64,000 bases of DNA from Iphione sp. A-MEVVRFRX5 (lineage: Eukaryota): NCBI GenBank assembly GCA_976226885.1, contig OZ320313.1, forward strand, positions 56,544,001 to 56,608,000, read 5' to 3'. Numbering within the stretch: the stretch's first letter is position 1; the number at the start of each line of letters is the position of its first letter. Positions 34,584 to 48,000 of the stretch are shown here, one piece after another. The position numbers were made by a program, and so were the translations under genes. Under the pieces are notes generated by a model. It was not told where the DNA came from. It did no database searches and was given only the letters and a program-made list of their open reading frames with translations.

Positions 34584-35632
34584 TCAGCCGAATTGTCTGA
34601 ACAAGGGGCCGTCTTTTCTGTATACTGAGAGAACTCTGAAATAAGGAGAACTGTCACTGGCTGTCCATAATCGAGTTTTGTCCACTTTGTCAACTAAATA
34701 GTGGAAGCAGTGCACATAGACTCTAGTCTGTGTGGATTATGCAAAGAATGTATATGTATACAGCAGAACCAAATGTATTATTTCTATATAAAAGATACCA
34801 TATGGGAGACCAAACCTCAGCAGAGGCCAGATTTCTCCCGTACAAAAGGTGATCTAATAAGTGCGAGTTAACTGTATATATTCAAATAGAAGATATATGT
34901 TTGATTTGTAGTTCCTAGAGAATGCTTTCAGCACCATACACCAGTTCACCCCGCAGATGATGTCTAGAACTATCATTTCCGGCCTCATTGCTAGACCAGA
35001 ATTGCCATTCAGATGGATAATGCCCCTGCGTAACATGAAAACCACACTCAGGAGTAGTATAAAACTGCCAGTTCTAGCTCAGCTTTGTTTACATTCTCCA
35101 GTGCTATTTCAAAGGAGAAAGGTTACCCACTTTGGTTACAGATCTTGACTTCTGAGTTCATTAAGTGTTGGAGAGAGAGGTAGTCTGCCAAGAGAGTAAT
35201 AGGCCTATTAACAAGTTTATTGCCACAGATTATGATTTGTAGTTTTTTGAGTAGTACTTGTGTATTCAAAGTGACCAAATCGTACTCTGTTTAGGGGAAA
35301 TGACCGTGCAGGAGAGTGTTCCCTTCATGGGTTTTACGGAGGAACAATTATCAAAGGCGAAGTATATGAGCCCTGTGACACCAAGCTTTCTGTCGGTCAA
35401 TATGCAAACTGCTGTCGGAGGTTGGCAATGTTAGGGTTCCTTCTCGATTTTCATGAAGATAGGGTTACCGTATTCCAGTGGTAGTATGCGGAAGTAGTCG
35501 TTTGAACTGTTAGAAACATGGCTGTTCAAACACATTGAAACGTTGTTAGTCTGTATGCATGTTTGTCTGTGATTGGAACGGCATGATTTGGCATGACTAG
35601 ACATTTGCGGAAAGATTGAACTTCGGGCTTAC

Positions 35633-35745
35633 CTGACGGTAAAGAAACGAATACCATGCGGTGCGAAATTGAGGCGAACGCGGAGAATTAAAGACTCCGT
35701 GACACCATTTGCCCCCAAAAAACCATAACATCGATTTGGCAGAAC
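35633..35745 (-). other. Candidate upstream exon (host gene or a neighbour); reading frame unresolved
   Basis: caatcttcag acceptor and CAG|gtaagc donor; two frames are open. Confidence 0.5.
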
Positions 35746-38012
35746 CTGAAGATTGTGGATCAAGTCTCAACCCATCCCTACAGCTATTCTTAAATGGGCT
35801 TCATAAGGCTTTTGTTGTTCATCCAGGAGAGTTATAATTGAAACAAAAGCATACTAACTGTACGTTTGAATATACGCTGACAAGTAAACACTGCTTGTGT
35901 CGACAAATCATAAGTTAACCCTACCAAAAACTGCTAAATGAAAACTAAGAAAATGGAATGGATGCACAATATAGCATGAGTGGCACTAAGTATAGCTGCA
36001 ACAGCATTCTGTAACACTGAATGCAACTAACACAATAGCACATACGTAACTAGAGCACAAATCCTTTATTCAGAAGCTGCTATCCATCGCCTTTGATGCA
36101 TTTTAGACCATGTACACAATGTAACTGTATTTATTCTAGATATCTACTACATAAAACGAATATCAACTTGGAGACGGCATCAAGACTACATTAAGTGAAT
36201 ACAGCCTTTTTACACTGGACGTTCTTCCATTATCATCTTTATGTGCATATACATAAATAACACCCAATATATAAGGGTTTTATCCATATATAGTGCTGTT
36301 GGATGATAACAAGCAATGACTAATGGGTATGAAAAATACCTCTTTATTACGATAAAGAAAATTTTTGTTGAAGTAGCGGTTGGTATCGAATCTAGGGGTG
36401 TCATAACACTCTGGCACCTTGGTAGATGTGTGGGTGCGCGGATACGGTTACTTCCGAAATCAACTCAGTGTATATTATAATATATCTTATTCATATGCAT
36501 GTATATACATGTATTATGTAAACTGCAGGGTTTCGAAAGGGATAGACACAGACTTTATCACAAGGCGGTTAAAGGAGATGATCCGTTGCCGTACGGTACA
36601 GTTATTACGTAATCGTACAGAAAGGAAGGAGATCTTGTGCACGAGTCGCAAACCGGCCAACCGTGCTTCGAACCGCTATGAGTACAATAGCCATGTTAAT
36701 GAAATGACTTTTTAAGCTGTTGGCCCTCCCTTGAAATCCTCTCACGTACATTAGGCAGGTCGCAACCTAGACTGCGCAGGGCGGAAAGCAAATATTTTGT
36801 GCACGTGCCATAACGCGCAAAACACACCGTCCACAGCAAAAACATCTTGCGCTTCGTCGTGAACGCTAAGATTTCGAGGGTGTGTTATTATTGGCTCGAC
36901 ACCCTGAAGTTGCAAGGACTAACACCATCAAGTTCAATAAAGGTATATCGTATAATGAAAACATATAACTAAGAACGGAAGTCAAATAGCATATGCGGCT
37001 CAGCTAAACCGGTCCACCCTATGATTGAATCGATGAATGAAATTACATGTAGTTTCATGAAGCAGTCATATCATCTTTGCACCGCGAGCATTTTTAAACA
37101 GCAGAGTATTTGAAGGAATGTATGTATATATATGTCATATCGACAGAGCATAAGGTGTGATGTATTGATAGATGGGATGCATGTCGAAATGTTTATATCG
37201 AAATGTCTATATTTTTTACTGTGTGAATACACGACAAGTGTGTATATCACCAGATCCTGTGCTGAACCAAGGTCCATTACACGATCCACTTAGAAGACCA
37301 ACCCTGTATTGCCACAAAGCTTCCCCATTGTAAGGTGTTACTTGTTACAATTTTCCAAACTGAATATGTCTAGATATACATGATCATGCAAGGAAATAGT
37401 TACATATAATAAGGCAGGTATGTAGCTTTCCCCCAAGCAGAGTATCTCTTATTGCATTGTTAATGTGGCGAAGGGTCTAATTAAAGTATAGATTCATAAG
37501 TTCGGTACTGTAATTTAATCATATGTGCTGAGACCATAGGTTGAGGCTGTAACTGTTAGAACTACTGTTCATATGTATGTATCTATCAAGAACTAAGAAA
37601 GCAAAAGCAGTATCTGGATCCATTGTGTCTTTTATACTTTCTTTTTACATTTGGCTGTCAACTTTTGTTTAAATAGGGATGGAGGAAACGAACCTTATGT
37701 CAACAATATACATGTTATCCATTTGTTATATATCTGCCTGTAACAGAAAAAATACAAAAATAGGTCCTTGACAGAAAAATACATGTGTAAATGATGCAAT
37801 ATTAGCTTGTTGGCCTAGATTATAAACAACAAATTACAAATCTCTGACTTAAACTACAGGCGACAAAAGACAAAAAGCTAGATATCATGAAAACTATCCT
37901 GAAATGCAAATTCCAAAATGAAGTTCTAAAAAGAAAGTAAATTTAAACCAAGTAGAGAAGAGTGTGGACCTGTGAGGTCTATTGTCCCCCACCATCAATG
38001 CCCAGGTGAGTG

Positions 38013-38060
38013 GGAGAGAGAGAGAGAGTGTGTGTGTATGTATGTGTGTGTGTGTGTGGT
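38013..38060. repeat. Compound (GA)n/(GT)n microsatellite
   Basis: Seen directly. Confidence 0.85.
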
Positions 38061-39184
38061 GTCTCTCTCTCTTTACAACCACCTTCATTGGCACCTTGTT
38101 TTGGGGTGGTTGGGTGTGCTTGTGTTAAGTCCTACAGGTTTACAACCCTCAGTTCTGCCTCACTGAGCCCACAACCCTTGGTTCTGCCTGACTGATCAGA
38201 CCACCTTTGGTTCTGCCTGATTGAACACCAGACTGCCACAAGCTAATACTGGTAGAAGAGAGTTATTTCTGAGCATGTGTGTGTGTTCATTGTCAGACCT
38301 AGGAATCCTTAAACCAGGTATGTATGTTTGTAGATGTGTTAGCAAAAGAGTAAAATTAGTATAATTTCACCTTTAAAATACTTTAATTACTACCAAAATT
38401 ACCCACTGCCAAGGGATCATATATACAAATAACATATATTAAAATAAGTTCTTTTGGGTGAAGGGTTTGAGAGTTATAAGACCTACAAGAGTGTGATGGA
38501 AGGTCAGGACACCAGCCAGCAGCATTCCTAAGGCCCCCCCTCTCTATGAGGTGGGGGACAAAACTACTCATAAGTACTGACAGTCATACTTTCTGGGGTG
38601 ATGCAGATAGCTGGTTGAATATATAGAAACCGCAGAAATACTACAAAGGACCACAGCATCTCAGAATTCTTTTGATGGAAATCTGAGAAACAATTACCGG
38701 TGAAACCAGCACTGCTCAAATGGAAACAACAACCTCAGACCAAGAAAAAAGGGAATAAGTAAGAAAATAAACTGTACCACTTAGCTGTAGCATAAGTAAG
38801 GGTAGTGACACACCCATGTAGGCAAGTGAAACTTTCAAACTTAAAAGATCTATTTTAACTTGTCCTAAAATACGAACTAACACCAATAGACATAATTTGA
38901 ACAGGAGAGGATATCCATCTCAGACCTATGCCTAACCCATACCTAGATTTATACCTCTCACTTGGTACTATCTGTGGTAATAGCTTGCACCTGACCTAAG
39001 TGATATGACACATATATAATAGATGAACTAATGTCATACTACCCTCATTCTTGCAAAACCATGATTGTTCATGACAACAGAAGGTCTATAAAGACATCCT
39101 CTTCAGTAAATATAATACAAAATAAACTGCATCTTTAGAGGTGATTCATATTCACTGGGCTCATAAAAAAGGAATAAAACTTAC

Positions 39185-39236
39185 CGTCTTTCCTATCAAG
39201 CTCATAAATTCCACTAACAAAGAGTTCATGGTCCAT
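39185..39236 (-). other. Candidate 52-nt exon (MDHELFVSGIYELDRKD or WTMNSLLVEFMSLIGKT)
   Basis: tttctgtttttag acceptor and G|gtaagt donor. Confidence 0.45.
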
Positions 39237-40729
39237 CTAAAAACAGAAATGCCCAACAACATACAAACTACAGGGTTGTCTATGTGATCACTTAATCCCA
39301 CAAGAAGGAAAAAACTTAAACAAGAACTAGGATTGGGGCATGAACATATAACCAAAACTTGGACAGGGCTTCTGTTTAACAAGGCATGCCCTGATCTAGT
39401 AGTGCATCATTTCAGCTGTTTAATTACAGGTTTGATTTGTACAACTGTAGAAGTGTGAGATTGTGCTAGGACCATGGGACCGTGGTGGAGCATGTAAAGT
39501 GTACTCTGTGAACTCTGAAGTTACTAACGGCTATGGCCCCATAGGCATCTTACATCTAGGCATCCTGAGAATAGGGAGGGCTAAGACACCGTAGGCAATA
39601 TTAGAGTTAGAGGTGACATTGGACCCTGGATCCCCAGGCATCTGTTATATTCTTGGAGTCGGCAATCCGGGCACTTTCTGCTAGTAACATGTAAACAAAC
39701 AGCTGTCAAAGCTGATTTCTTATCCATTTAAAAAGCATCATATTGTTTCAATGTGAACAGTATATAAATTAACCCTTAATGTAACTGACCACATTAGTGT
39801 ATAGATTAAAATACTCTCCTAAAAGTTTTAATTTAGCAAAAATACTGCAGAGGTGAAGAGTGGGTGATAATCAGGGAGTTTCTACATATTCTAATACAAA
39901 CTCTAAGGCCTGGTGAAAACAAACTGATGATAATTTTTACATATGCACTTGATCTGGAGGTAGTTCTACATGTATCTTCATCATTATATCATTGTTACCT
40001 CTGAAATCATTGTCAACTGATTATTGTAGGCATAAACATTACAATAGCTCAAAGAGAGGAACCAACTATCTTTCACCTCCACCCCAGGAACATGACCTAT
40101 ATATGACCAAGGGTACTGGCCTTATCAGCCTCTGTGATGTCATGCCGACTTGAAGAATTGTAACTACTTGCTCTATGCTGATTGGTGAAGAACAACTACA
40201 CTTGAGATGTTGTATCCATTTTATTCCATGACAAGATACATTGTTGACATTACTGTTGGTCACATGACATGCTGGTTTGGTATAAATAAGGGTCTTGTGT
40301 CGCCAATAAAACAGTCTGCACTTTGAGCTCTTGAGTGGAACTTGTTGCTTTGGGAATGCTAAGCTGAACAAACCCACTTGGACTTGCACTAAGGGTGGAA
40401 ACCAAGAGGGAACTGCACTGGAATACTAGCAGGATAGCTAAGGCAGTACAGCAGTAGACAATAGTTGGATTACTCCAAGTGGGAAAGTCAACATGTAAAT
40501 TACACAACTCACAACTTATTCTGCTCACTAAGTAAACACATAGTATTAGCTTTAAAGATGCAAGGAATGTATGAAAAATTAGTGAGGGTCTAATGCTTAG
40601 TGTTAGCATCAAGGACAGTTGTAGAGGGGCAGAACATAAAGACATACCACCAGGACCTTTGACGCCATCAATGATCACATGCAAGGTGCAAAGGGAATTT
40701 TTCTGTTGATGAGCCATCCAGTGATATAC

Positions 40730-41067
40730 AAGTGTGGCGTATTATTCTTGTGTGTGTTTGATACTGTATGTGTCCAATGTACATTACCACCTCCGTATAT
40801 GTAATCCTAATGTGTGTTATGAAAAATGATCGTACTCTGTTGGATTGTCATGCGCTATGGATTGTCCTGCAATAGTCATTCCATCACTAATTGTCATTAT
40901 GTTCATTATCCTTACTACTATATGTCCGTCTATATGTTCTTCTGTCTATATGTTGTATCTTTACTTGTCATTATGTTTGTTGTGTTATCTTTCATCAATA
41001 TTGCCCATGGATATCTTTGTTCTCACTGTAACAAAGAGGGACAATAAAGAATTGAATTGAATTGAAC
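40730..41067 (+). mobile_element. 3' end of a LINE/SINE (AATAAA followed by an (AATTG)n tail)
   Basis: ACAATAAAGAATTGAATTGAATTGAA at about 41042-41067 after a T-rich UTR-like stretch. Confidence 0.5.
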
Positions 41068-41418
41068 TGCTGTTACTATACTTAAACTGCAGAAGTCTAC
41101 TAAACAAGAATGGTAATGTTGAACATGCCTTCTCACTTGCAAAGATGTCATATGTCTGACTAAAACCTGGCTTATTAACAATATCCCTGACAATATAATT
41201 TCACTACAAAACTTTGATTATGTATGACAGGACAGTATGAAAGGACAGAAAGGGAGATAACACTAAAAGAGATGGGGAGCCTACTGAATATATAGAGATA
41301 CTGACAAATGATACCATAAATGGAAAGGATCTAGAGAACATGATAGACAAGCTGAAGTGTATAAAAATATATTGATTATTATCCTTTGTTATCACCCACC
41401 TACAGGAAATATAAAATA

Positions 41419-41845
41419 CAGTAGAACCTCACTATTCCAACACCTCACTATTCCAGTACCCTCATTATTCCAGACAAAGCTGCTTGGAACAGAATAGATT
41501 CCTCTATATTCCTATATGTAATTCCATCAGTATTCCAGGCATAAGGCTAGGGTGAAAGAGGGGTCCCTCACCTTTCAACACCCAATTACAGTCCTATCAC
41601 CATCTTCTTTGGTGTCCTGACACCTCTCCTTGCCCAAATACCTTCCCCTCACCATCCTCTCTTATGCCCTGACACCTCTCCTAGCACAAATACCATGTTC
41701 TTACCATCCTCCCTGATGCTCTGACACCTCTCCCCACATAAAAATGAGTAAAATACAAGTAAAACATAGCTCCCTCTCTATTCCACCAGCCTCACTATTG
41801 CAGGCATATTCACTTGGAACCAATGAGTGTTGGAAGAGTGAGGTT
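41419..41845. mobile_element. pogo/Tigger-type MITE with about 50-bp internal tandem repeats; right end cut by a LINE tail
   Basis: TA-CAGTAGAACCTCACTATTCCAACAC is mirrored by GTGTTGGAAGAGTGAGGTT (41827-41845). Repeats of CACCATC...CTGACACCTCTCC at about 41595-41735. Confidence 0.7.
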
Positions 41846-42600
41846 ATTGAATTGAATTGAATTTTATTAATCATTCTCTGGTTACAGAGCTGTCCATGAA
41901 TAATAAACATGCAGATAACAAACAATCAGTGCTGGCATAAATACTTGTGAGCAGTGTAGGCATAGTGGCAGTCCCGGATTACCACAGGACTGAAACTAAT
42001 CAATTGCGCAGAGATCATCAAAAATATTTTCAACCAATTAACAATAAAAAGAGTCTGAATAAATGTCACCTTTCATATATCCTAGTACAATTAACAATAA
42101 AATGAGTCTGAGTAAAAATCACCTTTCATATATCACAGTACTTGGTCACATCATTCAATTTACTGCAGGTAGAAATCAAGCTTTTGGCAAAAACAATAAG
42201 TAGCCCCACAATTAACTAACAGTAAACAGTTAAATAAGCAAAGTAATCATTCTCTTAGGCTTTTCATGCCAGGATATCACAGAAGATGATTTAAGATACA
42301 TTCCACCTTACTGAGATCAGCAGACTGGTCGATGACGCTCCATAACACCTTGTTAACATAGTTAATTTGATGAGTTCTACAATGATTAAGGTCTGAAGTA
42401 CTGCACCCACCATATGGATATTCTAAGAATAGAACACAAAAAGACTTCCACAGACTGGAGAGTATATTGCTGGAAAGCATCATCATTACATGCAATACAT
42501 TAGCACAGTTATGTTAGTAGTAATTGCCAAACCACGTCGTCATTCGTCATGCAGAGAATGTGTAGCTACATAAAGGCTGTCACCACATGGAAACATAAAT
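41846..42600 (-). mobile_element. Decayed LINE 3' fragment with (TTCAA)n tail
   Basis: Tail ATTGAATTGAATTGAATTTTATT at 41846; weak L2-like C-terminal translation at about 42280-42490. Confidence 0.5.
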
Positions 42601-42638
42601 GGCTTTTCATAAATTCCTACTTATGCCATTTACCAGTA

Positions 42639-43348
42639 CAGGATAACCCCTGATTACAGACACCCGGGCACAGTGGACGCCTCTCACAACGGACGCCCTG
42701 GCATCAGTCCCAAACAAATACCCTCTATTTCATGTATAATGGTGCCCGGGCACAGCGGACACCCAGGGACAGCAGACACCCGGTTTCAGACAGGCCGTGG
42801 ACAGTCCCAAATGCTCATTTTACTAAGGTTACAGCGGACAGGACCCCTCTTTGATGGGCATCATACCTCCGGTAGTGCGAATCTCTCCTTCTCACCCTGG
42901 AGGAATGCTTCTTTGATGGGCATCACACCTCCGGTAGTGCAAACCTCTACTTCTCACCCTGGAGGAACACTTCTTTGATGGGTGTCACACCTCTGGTAGA
43001 GGTGGGAACCTCTCTTTCTCACCCTGGAGGAACACTGCTTTGATGGGCGTCTCCATAAACTCCATAAACTCCACTCTACCACAGTATGCATTCCCTCTAC
43101 AACTCTACAATCCACTCTACAACCTTTAGTATCACCTCTACTACAGCAGATATTCCCTCTACAACTCCTGAAGTCAACTCTACAACCTTGAATCTACCCC
43201 TCTGCAACAGCCCTGCAACAGCCCGGCAACAGCGGACACCCCCAACAGCGGACACCCCCAACAGCGGACACCCCCAACAGCGGACACCCCCAACAGCGGA
43301 CACCCTGGGGCCAGTCCACTCGAAGTCCGCTGTAGAGGGGTTTTACTG
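42639..43348. mobile_element. Tc1/mariner-type non-autonomous element with 60-bp and 17-bp tandem arrays
   Basis: Left TA-CAGGATAACCCCT, right AGGGGTTTTACTG-TA. Repeated GCGGACAC motifs; 60-mer x3.4 at about 42850-43050; (AACAGCGGACACCCCC)-type 17-mer x5 at about 43227-43305. Confidence 0.65.
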
Positions 43349-43379
43349 TACCTAATGAAAATAAGCTTCTTACAGAGAG

Positions 43380-44520
43380 ACAATATGACTTTATGAAAGG
43401 CAAATCAACTCTACAGGCTGTTACTGACTTTGTTGAAAATGTACATCTAAGATTGACTGGTAAAGAGTATGTAATAACTGTCTATCTTGACTACTCAAAA
43501 GCCTTTGACTCTGTCCATCATCAAACTCAAAACTAGAATGCCTGGGTATTCAAGCCTACATAAACTGATTAAAAAAGTAGCTTACTAACAGAACACAGTG
43601 TGCTTTTGCAAATGATTAAATAGTTGAAGACCACACGTTTCATGCAGTGTGCCTCAAGGAAGTATCTTTGGGACTCTGCTGTTTCTGATCTACATCAATG
43701 ACTTTTCTAAAACAGAACTCCATTCCACGATATGTATGTATGCAGATGACACTGCTCTAATACGAAGTGACTCTAATGTAATGTGCTGTTACAGAAAAAT
43801 TCAAAGTTATCTGAACAAGATTGGAACATGGTGCAAGGATAACAAAATCAACATCAACACTGCTAAAACCAAATTGATGGTGTTAAACTCCACCCAATGT
43901 AGAACAGCTCCATTTTTACCTTAACAATGAAAGTATTAATGAAATAACAGAGTACAATTATCTAGGAATTGCAATTCGTTTCATCTAAAAGAATTTGTAA
44001 GAACTACCTTCTAAAAATCTAAAGAAACAAGCTGAACAAATACACTTCGTTACAAATAGTGAGGAGTCAAATTGAACCCTTAGTTAATTACAATTATTTT
44101 GCGTCTAGGAGAAGGAACGAGAAGTCATGGTGCAAGTTAAAAAGGGCTTTACTTAGGGTAAAAAAATTACCCTTGGAATGAAGAGCTTCACCAAATGTAT
44201 TTAAAAAAATGATAGAACAAAAAATTCAGTCAACTGAAACAAAGAAGCAATTCCTCCTCTGTACAATGCTCACAATTGATTTCTTCAAAAAAATGTCAAC
44301 TATAGGCTTGAATTTGTACCTGATAGATGCAACCAGTATATCAGACTCCCACAACCTAACACTGAAAATTTCCCAACTCCCGTTTATACCAAGTTCTCAA
44401 GAATTGGAACTCTTTGCCACTGTCAGTAAAAATGTGTTATCTATTACCAAGTTCAAACAAATAACTAAGTCAATGATATTAGGCAATTATAATGAGGAGA
44501 ACTATAGAATCCTATAAGTA
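43380..44520 (+). mobile_element. Decayed LINE RT fragment
   Basis: KGKSTLQAVTDF, VYLDYSKAFDSVHH, VPQGSIFGTLLFLIYINDF, YADDT. Confidence 0.85.
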
Positions 44521-45011
44521 AAGACCGTGTGATATAGACAGATTATATAAAATATATTTCTATACTCATTCATGGACATTTCCTCATACTATATATAGTG
44601 TATATAGTGTTTTTACATTCCAACATTCATCTTGTATACTTGTACTGTATGATATTCTTCCATTCACAATTCTTTTCCATTGTATTACATATGTGTTAAT
44701 GAATATGTTTATTTCAGCATACCATCATCACCAACCTTACCTTGAAGCTATCAAAACTGAACAATACCCTATACTTGTAAACAGCTATCCTGAATGAAAA
44801 AAATTTACCGGTACCCACAATTGAGTATACAACATAATGAGATGCAAACATACCCCAAAAGCTCTAGATATACATGTATATTCCTCGCAGCTATTAAAAA
44901 GTGGTGGAAAGAGGGAATAGCCATGTACAGGTCATATATACCTTATTTATACAAGTTTTTTTTTCATTTGAGAAACTGCCCTCCTTGCCCTTAGTAAATT
45001 TACATAGTTAT

Positions 45012-45083
45012 GTTCAACCTGCAACCTCTTTAGCAACTCTTTAGCTATTTACCACTCTTACCAACTGAGCTAATTCCCAACAC
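45012..45083 (-). mobile_element. Degenerate tRNA-derived SINE head
   Basis: Minus strand TAGCTCAGTTGGTAAGAG ... GCAGGTTGAAC; no intact cloverleaf. Confidence 0.45.
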
Positions 45084-48000
45084 CTGTATTATTTACAGTT
45101 GATAGTGTCAGCCGCACACTTTATATTATATATTGTTGTCTCTCAGTACATTGTGTATCTGGAGTCATTAGTGCATAGGGGACATGAAAGTGATACAACC
45201 ACAGCTTGTGTTAAATTAAAGTCTATTTTAAGGTTTTTAGCTGGTTTCATTTGGACTCAACAGGGATTGAATCGGGATTAACAGAACGCTGGTCTTGCCA
45301 ACTGAGAGTGGCTTCCCCCCCCGACGTTTATAAAGTATGTTACAAGTTACAAACAAGAATTTTTCTTAAAAAGGGACTAGCTCAAAGATGGCGTTGTTCA
45401 GCATTTTCTTGCCAGATAGAATGTTCACTTTCTCAACTTTGTGTTGCACATGTTTGCTGAATGAAGCGGAGCTATGTGACTGTCGTCAGACCTGTGGTCA
45501 GTGGTTACGTAATCACTGGTGCTGAGCTGCCAAATATCTTGATCAGAATAGGCCTTTGGCGAGCTCAAAGAGGAGAAAATAGGAGTAAGTCGGAACTGGG
45601 TAGAAAGCAGAGAAGGCAAAGCGGAGACTAGGTAATAGCAAGTCTACTATGACACTGGCATGTCACACCAAAAATGTAGAGAATCCCTCAGTCAAAAAAC
45701 TCTCACAAGTAGGGCAGACTATAACCAAGGAGACATTATCCTAAAAAGACAAAGGCAAAACAAATGCTCTTCGCGCGGAAAAAAGTAGCTCCTCTACCTT
45801 AAAATGAAATAGCTCTTGGACGACTATCTTGTACCAAGGTCAAATGTTAGGAAAACAAAATGTTATGTTTCTGCCATAACACTCATAGAAAAAGTAAATA
45901 ATGGCATGAATATACATTAAATAAGGCTCAAGGTGGTCTGTTTACATGAAATCGTGTAAGAGGCTCAGTAAACAGAGCGCTAAAGACCTCATTGATTTTA
46001 AGTACCCTACCACATGAATGACACAGCCCAAAATCATCTTCCTGCTATGAAAAAAAATATTAATTTGAAGGAAAAAAGTAAGAAAAATGTCAGTGAGACA
46101 AGAAACTTTTACAATTGCAAGAGGAAAAAGGTCTGTAATAAATGAAATTATCTTGAAATATCTTAATCAACCTACTACTTACTGATAGCTAAGAACACTA
46201 TCTCGTTTTGTGATACAAAATCTTAAAATAGGAAACTTTCTTATAACAAGAAAGAGATTTTTGGCTGTGGAGTGAATTGCTAGTCAGTCTGGGTATTTGG
46301 GATATAAAGTAAGTAAATAAACAATTAACACTGTTAGACTCAGATCACATCAAGAGAAAACTTAAAGCATGAAAATAGAAAGTACATCTGTTTATAAAGT
46401 AATGAATAAAGTTAGAATTTGAAAAACAATGATGTCTGGGAGGTCCTCCCTAACATCACTTCATGAAAAAGTGGAACTTTCACTGTCAGTTACACTAAAG
46501 ATGCCTTGTATTCATGAAAAATGACGAAAAAAGAGGGAAAAACGTAGGCTGTGGGGGGGGGGTCTTCCCCTTATCAATTAATGAAAACGTATATGAATGT
46601 AATGTCATATCATTATCAAATGATCAATTTTTCGTCACACATTAACACTAGAAAATTTATGTATAAATGTAAAATGAATCATCGAAGCATTGTGCAGTTA
46701 CTGTGGCCTAATGAATGAACCACCCATATCGGTTTTTGTATGCAGGGAGGACAAGTCATGTGGCTGGTCTAAGTTTAAATCCTCCAGCCAGGTAACTACT
46801 TCAGGCATAATGACAACAAAACATACACACAGAAGAGGCGTTACAAACAGCTAAATGACTGGAAAATAATGAACTAATGTAGGGTTCTATAAAAAGAATG
46901 GTGACAGGGGCACCCTTATGTGTTATAAAGGTAGAAAAGATTCCTCTTTGTACTTATGTATTAGAGTGTTAGCTTGTTTTTATATCTTAACAAAGGAATA
47001 ACAATAGGTCCTCCACCATATGCAGACGTTAAGTCTGCCAAAATCACTACATGACTGCCAGAACCAGCCAATTGGCTCCGTTTATAAGTGATGAATAGTA
47101 AACAGCTATGCGTGGCTACTGAAGGTCTTGTTTGTTTGTAGTCGTCCATGTAACCCAAAGAGTAAAAGGTATCCAGGTTAATACAGACTGGCAGAACATT
47201 CCTCTTAAAACAAATACTGTGTGGAACTTTTCGGTTCAAATCAACCCGGAGTACATGTAATGTATAATATTAGCAACACGGACTTGGTTGGATTATATAA
47301 CAATGTCTAGGTCCAACAAAGACGCGTTACACGGTAACTGAATAATCACAAACTACTTATTCACGTATCCAAAATAATAAGTCTAAAACAGAGATAAAAA
47401 CATGCACTATTTTCTGTTTATCATGCACACAATATACTATTTTGAAGAAACAGAACCATCATGCTGAATACCCTAAAAATATCCGTAGCAAATACAGTAG
47501 CCTATTATACACTGGCGAGCATAAATTATGCTCTACGTTAAGGCCTAATTAAAAAAACTCTGCGTTTCCTGTCAGCCTGGAACAGATATATTTTTCTCCG
47601 TTGACCTATGTATCATAATACCACTTTCCGGGCAGACCGATTTGCAGCCAATTAGCTTTCGACCATACTTTTTTGGGTTGATTCTACAGCATTTGTGTAT
47701 CACTTTACAAGTAGAGGTGTTGGCATGTCCTGAACTAGCAAGTTATGAACATGAATTGGCAGGTTCAGACCATAAAATGGCAAGTTTCGACTATGAATTG
47801 GAAGGATTATACTGCGAAAATGGCAAAACGCATGCAACTTTGGAAAGGAAATCGTGAACTTGATGTGAATTTGGCTGAAAAACAACGTAACTCATGCAAT
47901 TCGGATGAAAAACAGCTTTGACCACATTGCGACCAAAACCACTAATGCAACCACTTGAGCTTGGAATGGACGTGTGGTCACAAACTGGCGTTCAACTATA

